NCBI GenBank assembly: GCA_017499595.2
Contig: CM039000.1
Coordinates: 3,968,001-4,032,000 of the forward strand
From: Psilocybe cubensis
Lineage: Eukaryota
Length of the DNA: 64,000 bases
Reading direction: 5' to 3'
Below, in pieces: positions 13,827 to 24,248 of this stretch. The notes beneath the pieces are model-generated. The model was not told the DNA's origin. It ran no database searches and saw only the letters and a list, made by a program, of their open reading frames with translations. The translations under genes and the position numbers were made by a program. How positions within the stretch are numbered: the first letter of the stretch is position 1; each line of letters starts with the position of its first letter.

Positions 13827-14760
13827 GGATGCAACAAAGGCAAAAGAGAAGGAACAGCGCAAGACCTGGTGATTCAGGCTCCGTGCTAAATTGAGTGGCA
13901 GAAGCATGTGATACCCTTGATTGAAAAATTCACTAAGTTGTTTTCCAGAGCAGGACATTTTGAATGAATTTTCGTCACATTCTCGGCTTCCAAAATCTGT
14001 CAAAATCTTGTAGAATGCAACGTTTTTACATTTTCGGCAGTCACATTTTCGGCACATTCCCAGATCTTTTCATAATCTCCCACAATTTGCGCCTTTCACA
14101 TTTTACAATTTTGTGCTGTGCACCCCAAGTATTCTGTGAACAACGGTTTACTTGAACTTATTCAGCTCGTTACAGAAACAGCTTACATTTAGCTTCCCGG
14201 AAATATTTCCAATATTTCGTAGTCTGCAACTTCTGCCACAAGAGCCAGTTATCTTATCAGCGTATTTGTAGCTGAAGTTTAATCGGGGTTGGGATTCAGA
14301 GTATTCAGATAGGATTCTCTTATCCAATCTGAGATAGCCAATAACAATAACCTCTTGCCATACACCATGTCAACCACTTCCGCCCCACCACCATACTACA
14401 AAACTATATACGATGAAACATTTCAATACGTGAGATATGAAGATCCCTCAATATCTAGCATGGGAAATCGGCCCAACCTCGCTGGGCAACTGGAATATCA
14501 TGCGCCGACGACTAATGGTTCATTTTCCATATGTTTAGCTGAAGGTATGGGTGTTTTTATTAGCAAGGTATGTCTCCATACTTCCAAAAGAGAACGGTTC
14601 ATATAACATTTCTTCATGAAAGGAACTACTGGATTCAATTCCGGCTGAACACAGACCTGCACTCGATACAACCCATGCTGGAGAGCCCGTCGGGACATTG
14701 TTTGGAGGCCCCAGCTTGAGATCCATTGGAACAACACTATTTCCTATTATTCTCAGGAAC

Positions 14761-16281
14761 GGGTAAACATCCGCGAGAGGATGTTCTCACGCACTAACCA
14801 CCACCATCAACATGGTCAGCGTGCCAGCTCACTGGCCCCCCTGCTGGGTACACGGCGACAGCGCTCTCCAGACTCAACCCCAGGCCCAACAGAGTCAGAG
14901 AGCGATGGCCGAAAGCTGCTACAGACCAAGAGGTCACCCCACACAAAGCACCTTATAAAGAAAGGCAGAACTCACCCCCGGAAATCAGTGGATGCCTCTC
15001 CGGATCCCTCTCCACAGCACTCTGTCAACACACCCATACCATTGGCGGACCCACACAGTGTCCCAAACACCAATGCTGCACCCCCATCCACTCTGCCCCC
15101 GCCAGCTGTGTCTTCGGACATTGTTGCCGGATAGGTTGCTCACCTCAAGACCCTGCTGGACTCCATTCTGGCAACGGTTGCGATTATACAGAGCATTTCT
15201 CACAGTACCATCACACTCAGTGACCGAACGATGCACGCCGCTCTGCTGCTACACTCAACCTTATTCCCGGCAGACCCGGAATATCATCCCCAAAACCCTG
15301 AAAGGATTACTAAGCCCTGTTCATACGCTACGGTGGCCAAAACTACACCAGTGGCTCAGCCAGCTCACACGCCGCAGAGGACATCCCCAGCCCCAACTGC
15401 TGGAGGCCCTATTAAGACCCGCCCTCACGTCACTCGTCCAACCCGCCATTATTCCTCAAATAATCGCCTTATTGCATCCTGGGATGACTTTCCACTTACA
15501 CAGCCATCTGGTCCACTCACTGATTTTGTGGAGCGACTCAATAGCAAGCTCTTGCCAATGTCACGGGACCCCCCTCATCATGTTCTCGGAGCTAATGTCT
15601 CAAAATCAGGAAGGCTCATTATCCACACCGCAAACGACACTGGAACTGCTAGAATAAAAGCTTGCCCGATGACCATTCTTCAAGCAGCTCAGGCCTCCGA
15701 TTGCTTTCCTAATTTTGATTCAACTATTGGTGACCCACCCACAGTTCATTCGGATGTGCCATGGCATAGTATAGTGGTCCATGATCTCCCAGCCAATTCA
15801 CTTCGTGACTCTTTTGACTCTGCCACTCCAAAAAACAGCATATGGTCATTACTTGAAAATGAGGCAGGGGTATCTAGGCAGGATATCCGAGGGCAAATAC
15901 GGGCTCTTTGTCGCGACGGGGAGGAGTTCCAGAAGGACCGACTTTCTATCCTCATTAGGTTTGAAGACAAGAATATCACAGAACGGCTCTATCACTCTGG
16001 CATTTTTCTCTTTGGCTCCTGGTGTCGAGTCTCTCGATATTGGGAGAGGAAGAGGAAACCTCAACCTTCAACTCCAACTCCAGCACCCCACGCAGAAAAC
16101 ACCACGCCGCAATAAATGTTCATAATCTCTCATAAGCAACACTTCTTATCCCTTTACATAGTACACATGGAACAGTAGGATTACAACCTATATAGAGAAA
16201 CTGTAATGGTAGTACTAAGCCAAGGGAGGGGCCCACCCCTCAGAGGCTATAACATAAAACAAAAAAAAAAAAAAAAAAAAA
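14761..16281 (+). mobile_element. Non-autonomous non-LTR retroposon, ORF1-only (HAL1-like), poly(A)-tailed, with 10-bp TSD
   Basis: TCTCAGGAAC at 14751-14760 and 16282-16291. A21 tail at 16261-16281. One long frame with LINE ORF1-like motifs; no RT or endonuclease. Confidence 0.88.
14781..16115 (+). pseudogene. LINE ORF1/gag-like protein (about 444 codons) with one in-frame TAG at 15132-15134
   Basis: ORFs 14781-15134 and 15231-16115 are in the same frame and open between them. Motifs SYATVA, VSKSGRLIIHT, PWHSIVVHDLP, SILIRFED, GIFLFGSWCRVSRY resemble fungal Tad1-type ORF1. No CCHC knuckle. Confidence 0.7.
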
Positions 16282-17039
16282 TCTCAGGAACACGGACACA
16301 AACAAAAAGTTTCGAATTGTTTTGCACGTCATAGTCCTTCCCAAACTACTCATTCCCATGTTTTTCGGCGCCAGCAGTGGTAATTTGATTCGAAGCCGCG
16401 CATACACACCAGAAGGCATATTTTTCGAATTCCAGTTTAACGATGAGATTGTCAGGGTCAAGGGATTCTCAGAGTTGAAGAAATGGACAACCTTGACGGA
16501 TTTGGTTGACCTTGAAACTTTGACATGGTATTAAGTGTAGCATCTCATTCTTTATCAGATATTTCCGTCAAGGTGGAACGTCAGCAACGAGTCATTGACC
16601 CCGTCTTACACAGTCAACGGCTCATTTACCAAGGTCCTTAAATTGACCTGTATTTCATGATGTAGTATATCGTCCATGATTTCCGCATGGCAACTGAAAT
16701 AACGATTCTTCAATCCTAGAGGTTGAATTGAAGTTATGCTCATCGTTGTACGCATGGAGACATTTTCCTCCCCTCCCCTTGTTGTCTATTCATATTCAAA
16801 ATGGCCTTATCCTGGACATGGTAAGCAAACCAGAATCTTGCTACTAAGTGGACGCTGCGGTATCAGTACAAATTACATTGTTAGATGAACTTATGACATG
16901 ACGTGCAAGGGTAGATTGTCCAGAAACCTCGGTAAACATACACATTATCTAAGGGACGCAGTTGGCGAGTCTGTCATCCAATTGTGATAATTAAAAATAA
17001 AAATAGGTGACGGAATATCATCCAGGAAGAATTAGTCGG

Positions 17040-17562
17040 TCAGTCGTCACGTCCGTCCAGAGAATGTGGAGCTGGCTGGCCAAAAGAGTTTTTGGAAGCT
17101 GCCTGAGGTGTTAAAAGTGGCGGGACTCTTGAGGCATCAGATACATCACTGAGCTCTGTGATGCGACCGTGAAGTTCCTGAATCTTTGCTTGGTTATCGG
17201 AACTGGTAGGTTGTCTTTCCATGTCGTGGATTTGAAGCATAAGTCGTTGCACCTCTCGCATTCGGTCCATAAGACTCGTGGGCTCTACTGAAGCGATAAC
17301 CTCAATGGGACTCAAAGCCATCGAATTCTCCTCCGGAGGCACGAGATATGATTGAGTATGCAGTAGGGGAGATGCCACATCATTCTGACGACGGTGTGCA
17401 GCTATGCCTAGGAACCATTGAGAATTCAGTAGAGGAATACTAAATCCTAACAGCATCATACGTACGCATCCTTCTGACTTCCATAACCCAGAGTACAATC
17501 CCCAACATCGATACAACGGCCACGACAATAAGTGGAACAACAGCGGCGGGGATTTTTGCCAT
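17040..17562 (-). CDS. Short single-pass membrane protein, paralog of 22879-23820
   Basis: MAKIPAAVVPLIVVAVVSMLGIVLWVMEVRRM, 58-nt intron 17408-17465, C-terminus SLMDRMREVQRLMLQIH...LDGRDD shared with the paralog. Confidence 0.75.
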
Positions 17563-17918
17563 ATATTTTTTTGCTGTAGTAGGTTTTTGGGAAAGCGAAA
17601 GGGAGTTTGGAAAAGTTTCAACCTTGATATTGAAGGCTATGTCTGTAGGAAATCGTCAGGAAATCAAAAAGGTTGCTTGGTTTCTTGATATAATAATTGA
17701 ATCTGAATTTGGCTTCACAACTGATTAGGTTTTATCACCCTTCATGTTTACCGTTTCTTTTCAAACTTGGATACAAGATCTATTTTTGTAGACCAACGTT
17801 AGTTCAGACGGACCTCTAATTGTTGAATCGGAGAATGTAAATGCATGTTATGAATATTCGCGACGTCGCGTGCAAGTCTCCATAATTAAACACTTGACCA
17901 CTAACAGGCAATACCGTC

Positions 17919-18531
17919 ATGTCCAAGACAAAACCCCAACGTCAAGCTCAAAACTCATCCAAGCAGTCTCATTATAACACCATCTATGATGAGACCTTTC
18001 GTTCTGTTCATTATGACAATCCCGCCATTGCCAGCATGGCTAATCATCCCAATTTAGTGGGAAAGTTGGAGCATCACGCCCCAACGACTGATGGGTCTTT
18101 TTCTATTTGCATCGCGAACGGTAGGGGAGTCTTCATCAGTCGGGTATGTTCCCAGGATATGCATCAACGTTGCCATAAGTTAATATATGCTGCAATCGCA
18201 TCAGGCTCTTCTCGAATCGATACCATCGGAACATCGTCCTACTCTCGACACCACCTTTGCAGGGCAGGAAGTTGAGAGTTTTGCTGGAGTCCTGCGATCG
18301 CTTGGTACAACGCTTTTCCCGCTAATCCTCAAAAACGCCAAAACAGGGGAGAGCTTCCGCGTCGTCCTACACGCCATAGTACTTCCAAAATTATACATTC
18401 ACATGTTCATTGGTGGCCAGGGCAGTCCCATTCTCCGAACAACCGCGTACACCAACGGAGTTCCAGTCCACGGGTTTTCCTTTGACGGAAGTGAGAACGC
18501 GAAAGATTTTACCATGGTGCAGGGAGTGTAA
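17919..18531 (+). CDS. Hypothetical protein, possible retropepsin-like fold lacking the catalytic Asp (intron 18144-18204)
   Basis: Two exons join in frame (...GVFISR|ALLESIP...). Strong similarity to the 14367 paralog, with the same intron position. Confidence 0.8.
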
Positions 18532-18730
18532 AATAAGGTAGTGAATCATCACATCCGGTATGTCCGGTTTTATCGTTCAATGATTTACAACTACGTTCAC
18601 TGATGTTCATCTTGATCTAGCAATGAACCGGCGTGTAATAATTGACAACCAAGGCTTTTAAATTCTGTGTAGTTGTATTTTACGAAGATAAACTTTATAA
18701 TATGAGCCAGGCTGGGGAACGCCCAACGTT

Positions 18731-18989
18731 CCGGGAAGGCTCCCATATATGCATGTCCGGATTTATGTCGGATTCTGGTCCAAAAAGTCAAACGTTGCGA
18801 TTTTATTTCTTGTTTTGGGTGATTGACGTCAGAATTCTGATTGAAATTGGGTGAAAGTGAGTAAATTTGCCCAATTGGGAAGTCACACTCTGATGTGCAT
18901 TGCCGGCTTGCTGATTTCATACCCCAACACGCGAATTTGAGGTCAAAATTGGGGACCCAGGCGGACAAGTTTATAGGGGAGCTTCCCGG
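18731..18989. mobile_element. Putative MITE relic, about 259 bp, with imperfect ~29-bp terminal inverted repeats
   Basis: Left end ccgggaaggctcccatatatgcatgtccg; reverse complement of right end ccgggaagctcccctataaacttgtccg. Related copy at 10758-10786. No TSD seen. Confidence 0.5.
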
Positions 18990-19649
18990 TGCTTAGTATT
19001 GAATCGATTCTCTTTTATTGCTTGTGGAGGACACGAGGGCTCTGAAAGCACAACTTTTCCCGTGTTTGTAGATTTGAAAAGTGATCACGCGTCTTAGACG
19101 CGCTGATTAGATTAGATTAGACGGTCATGTTGTCATAATGTACGCTCTTAGGGGAACTTCCAGTACATCTTAAATTTTGGACATTGCGTCGGTAGCAATC
19201 ATCATTGATTTTATCTCTCTTGATGGTGTGTCTCACTACGTTGATGAGTTGTGTAGCTACCAGATGAGGAGACAGCTCATGTCAGATAATAGACCAGCAG
19301 GATACATCAAATGTCAACATTGCGTAAGTTACATCTTGACAGGTATCAGAAAAAAAGTCGGTGACCAAAGCACATTTGTGAAGGGAAGAAGATGTGAACG
19401 AAATGATAAAAATGAATTGAAGTAGAATTTCGGTATGTATCCCAATGTCATTTCACGGTGAATGGGGAGCGACGCACTGCGCTATATGAGGAAGATTGGA
19501 GGGATGGAGATAACCGTGAAGCTGTTGATACACGGCTCAAAGAAAGGTACTGGTCGTGTATGAGTCCAAGTTAGAAGTAAAGACAGGATGCAGTAAGTAA
19601 TGACGAGTTTCGGGCCGACTTGGACCAAACATAACTTAATGGATAAATG

Positions 19650-21082
19650 TTAAGAACCATTGGGTATTGGAGGAGTATTCTTTTCATCACGATGTGGAAA
19701 GGAGCGCCGCGTTGCGCTCCCAGGGGGCCTTGCGCTCTGGTATGATGGTGGTCTGTTGCTTGATTCCGGCGGAGCATAGATAGTCGTTGCATACATAGAG
19801 CTGCTTGACTGATGGTCGAGTATATCGCCGTACTGTGCTTGTAGGCGGTTCCGCGCGTATGTGTCAAGGCTTACGGGTGACTGCACCGTGTTACTGCCAT
19901 AATATGCCGGATTCTTCTCAGGGAAGCGCCTAACAACGGTACCGTTGTCGTGATGGTCTGAAGTACTCGAGGCAGGTGCAACCTCGCTCATTTCAGGGTC
20001 TTGCTGCTCAGGAGGTTGCTCGAGTTGACTTGCGCGTTGGAACGGAGTAACATCTGTCATCCTACGAGGAACAACTAAAAATATTCAATCATCGTTTGAC
20101 GATTGAAAAAAGAGTCGAATGAGCATACCTGATGTGTTGCTTCTGTTCAATTGCATAAATGGAGCGCCACAACTGCGTCGACGGCGCCTGAGGCATAGGA
20201 GGAAGAGCATAAAGGCAATAATCAATACAATGCCTGCAATCACACCCCCTGCAATGGCGCCCACGTTGGTAGAAGAACTACCTGTGGCATCCTCCTGAGC
20301 TGGGTTGACCGACTGAGTGGCTACATTTCCATCGGCGGCGGTTGTTACAAATTGTATGGAGGTAACCGTTTTGTCAGCGGAGCTTCCTATACCAGTTGTA
20401 GACGACGATTGAGATGTAGAAGTTCCCGTTAAATTTGTTGAGACTGAAGACGAGGAAGAAGTGGAAGAAGACTTTCGTGAGGATGCGATAGATGATATTG
20501 AAGAAGAGCTATGTCGAACAGTGGTTGTGACGACAGAAACGGAAACAGAGAGCGACGTGAGCCTCAAGGTTTGGGGTGCAACAGTCGGACTCGGAGGCGG
20601 GGCGGGTGCAACTGGCGTACTATTGAGGATAGTATCTCCTTCAACATGAAAGCGGTCAAACATCAACGGGCTGTCTGAAGACGATCCGCCGTTTGCAATG
20701 GTAATGGTATGTTGGATGTTGGCTATTTGACCTGAATCAAACCACATATCGGCATAGACGGCGCTGGGGCCAGTCTGGCGCGTTACAGTGGTTGCTTGTC
20801 CATCCAATGTGATAATTCCAATAGCGTTCGTACCACTCCCAGGTGGGACAGTGCAGTAAATCACAACACGAGAACCTGTTCGGGTACGCGTTAAGAGAGA
20901 TAGACAGAGAGAAACCAAAATAACATGCCAGTGAAGCTTATAGTGGCAGACGCGCCATTTTGACTGGTGGAATGAATGGATCCTTGCCACTGTCGGGTTG
21001 ACTGGGACCCTCCTGCAAACGCATCCCAAGAGCCATAGTATGCTATTTGGTTACTGGTGTCGTCGACTTCAATGATAGTCAT
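19650..21082 (-). CDS. Single-pass cell-surface protein: beta-sandwich N-domain, Ser/Thr-rich stalk, TM, cytoplasmic tail with PPSY (Mid2/sensor-like)
   Basis: EVDDTSNQIAYYGSW...GASATISFTG, HTITI...FDRF, S/T tract, VGAIAGGVIAGIVLIIAFMLFLLCLRRRRR. Two introns. Confidence 0.8.
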
Positions 21083-22878
21083 TCAAAAGAGTGTGGTGGC
21101 GAGCGGCCGACTGTAGGTAGCTATGAGGTGAGCGTAGAGAGAGAACCTTGCCAGGGTAGGGCGGCCAGGGGCTCTCAAAGGTTTTCCCCACATATCCATC
21201 AAGTTTTGATGGTGGTGTTCTCAAAGAAAAACGTCAGCATAAGTGTGCTTACATGCAACAGACGCACATCCTGATGGTGGGAACTTCAAATAATTGAGGG
21301 ATAAAGTCGCCGACTAGGTCGGAAAATCTCCTGAGGTTCCGCAACCAGGTTTCTAAAGCCAGCTCTTGTATCAAGAGGAGAGGATTACTTCCCCTCTTTG
21401 ATTGACCTTGGGTTTTAGTAAGTTGGCCTCCTCTTGATACGTTAAAACTAGTTCTCGTTTTTGGTAACAATTATTTGGACACGTAGTAGGTTTTGGGTGC
21501 TGAAGAAAGAGACAGCTAGGAGGTCGCCTCCTCTTCACGGCATAGGTGCGAAGGATGATCGATGACCCCTGATGCACTCATAGGCTTCTACTGTACAAGC
21601 TTAATCCTACATAGTTGAAATGAATAAAAACGACAAGGCCTATGTTAGCCACATTGCATGTCCTAACATGGACGCGGCAAAGTAGAACGCCAAATTGACT
21701 ACAACTTGAAGGCGATGAGGGATGGGAAAGTCCAACTTGGATTAAGGCGACGTAAGCTAGTGGCCAATATTTATCCTATCGTACGTCTCCCCTTCCCTCT
21801 GGACGCTTGTATCTGCCGGGATTGATACCTTTGAAAGAATCTACTTTCGTGTTCCTACGTGATGCTACCCTATCTGCACTCCCGGGAATGCTCTTCCATT
21901 CAGAGCGGAAGGAGCGCCGAAGTGGATATCGTATCATCTACCTTGTCTTACTACTTCGTGCTAACCTTCCACAGTCACGCCAACACAGCGTATGATGCTC
22001 AAACAACCACATATTTCTGAGGCATATTGCTGTCTCCCAGGCAGCTTTACTCATTCGCACTTTTAAACGCCTACCCACCCATTAGTGAGCTTGTGATTTC
22101 CTCTATGTATATATAATGTTATTTTCCATATTGTTACTATCTTTTTAACCCCTCCAGTATTAGCATTAAATTGGAAACCTCAAGTAGATGAGACGTGCTC
22201 AGAAATTACGGCTGAAATCCGCAAAGATCCTGACATGTATATAAGAGAACACCAGGCCTAGCGCCTCTTTCCGCACGACGCACAATAGGCCGTACGCTTA
22301 TCAAGGAATCTTCAGGTAAGTAGGCTATATCCGTGATCCATAGGTGACCAGCACATATCATGATACGAAGCAGATTTTTAGTTAACTCGATCGGTGTGTA
22401 GTTTTGCAAGTGGTATCTTGGGTTCTAACTAAATAAGTTTAAATTAAACTAGTTGGGCGCTTCTTTTGCTAGCACTATCTTTTGGGCGCTTACAATTGTA
22501 TATCGCATATACCTGTTGTCGACAGCCCTTCTTGAGATGCCACGCTTTAATGCTTAGCACATCCCAAACATCCCCTCTTTTGTCCACAACCTTTTGACCT
22601 TTTGGGACAAGCTATATTTTTGATGGCTCTGCCACCAAATTCCCACACTGCCTTGATTAGCCGACATGGTGCCTTGGCATGCGGTAAATGAAATCAAGTG
22701 ACGAGCACTGCTTCAACCCTGTGCATCCAGGTACTGTTCGACAGTCCGCGACACGTCCACCATTCTCTCTTCACCACACAGTTGGCATCGTCCAACATCG
22801 TCTTGGAACAAGGTTTAAACTTCTTTGAACACCTTTTGACGCCGAAACCCTGGACCAGTGCCCGCGACGAAGAGAGAA

Positions 22879-23820
22879 ATGTCGGAAAGTAGCCGAAGCC
22901 CAACCTCTATCTATGTGGGTGCAATCATTGCTGTGGTCGCGCTATCAACAGTTGGGATCATCCTTAGGGTTATGGCAGTCAGAAGGATGCGTGAGTATTG
23001 TGCTGTTTGGACTTATATTCCTTCACTGATGCCTTAATTCATGCTAGGAATGGCTGCACTTCAGCCTCAGAATGCGTTGGCTTCTCCCCTGGTATATCCT
23101 CAGTCATCACAAGGCCCCAGCACATTAGGAAGATTCAGCTATTATAACCCTCCCACACAGCCGCCTCGAAGTTATACGGGAAACTCTACACAGGGATGGA
23201 ACAACTTTCCTGAGCCTGCTCCTCCATATCAGCCTCCTTCGTCACCTCCTTTGTCACCTCGAATAAACAGTTCTGGGTCATATCCGAGGACTAGCACTGT
23301 ATTTTCTCCTCCTGAAGGACCTCCTCCGTCACAGCCTTCAGTTCCCATTATCCCTCCGAGCTTTCCTGTCCCCAATACATCCCCTCCTCGTACCCCGCAA
23401 GTTCCTCGTGCCCCACAAACTCCTAGAACCCCACAGACACCCCGTGAACCCCAAGCCCCTTCAACCCATTCGTATCCACAAGCATCTTCACATCCACCCT
23501 CGCAGGAACCTACAGTTCCTGACCCACCCCAAGAGTCATCAGTTCCTTTAACTCCCGCGGACACCGGCACTTCAGTGCATGCCATGAGTCTTATGGACCG
23601 AATGCGAGAGGTGCAAAGTCTTATGCTACAAATCCATAACCTAGAGAAAGAACCCGCCAATTCCGATAACCGAGCGAAAATTCAAGCGCTTCAGAGTCGC
23701 GTTACGGAGCTGAGCGATGTATCCGAAGCGCCACCAGTCCCAACTTCAACAACACATGTAGCCTCCGATAATCCTCCTCGACAGCCTCCACCTTATGCCC
23801 TAGACGGACGTGACGACTGA
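22879..23820 (+). CDS. Single-pass membrane protein with Pro-rich tail, helical C-domain and PPPY motif
   Basis: MSESSRSPTSIYVGAIIAVVALSTVGIILRVMAVRRM, 58-nt intron 22991-23048, then ORF 23041-23820 with PRxPQ repeats and QPPPYALDGRDD. Confidence 0.8.
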
Positions 23821-24248
23821 TTGACTGCCTCTAGTCCCTGGATAGGCTCATGTCCGCAGATGATGTATTAATAACACTTAGGACTATGCATACCCCCTGG
23901 ATTTTATGACAGCCAGACTCTTTCATGACCATCGATAGCCTTTAAGTTTCGATATTATAAATGGATCTCAGAAAACACGTGTATCCTGATGGATTTGCAT
24001 CCCTAGTCTTGAACTTTGACTCTGAATTAAGGTTTTATGATGATGTCTGCCTTCTGTATTTTCCATATTGTGCGCTGCAGTTCATCCATGAACTTTCTTT
24101 CACCAGCCACCAGGTACAAGTTCGGCATTTAAAGGCCGGTTATTCGATGTCAGCGCGTGCCGAACACTGCCGAGCATTGCAAACCGTCAGTAAGGGCGCG
24201 GGTGGTCTCTTAACCCCAACATTATAATCTTTTTCTACCTCAGAACAA

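Larger units (their letters stand above)
14367..16534 (+). pseudogene. Paralog of the 17919-18531 gene, disrupted by a retroelement insertion
   Basis: Exon 1 14367-14567, intron 14568-14622. Exon 2 reads ...GTTLFPIILRN then runs into GGG TAA of the insertion. After the insertion the frame resumes TDTNKKFRIVLHVIVLPKL, colinear with the paralog's LKNAKTGESFRVVLHAIVLPKL. Confidence 0.9.

Noticed and set aside
13590-14057. 155-aa minus-strand ORF with CxxC motifs
   Set aside because: It runs through the 17-bp minisatellite, whose unit is not a multiple of 3, and has no recognisable domain. Likely spurious.
14992-15657. 221-aa overlapping ORF inside the retroposon
   Set aside because: Alternate frame of C-rich ORF1 sequence with no RT, endonuclease or other motif.
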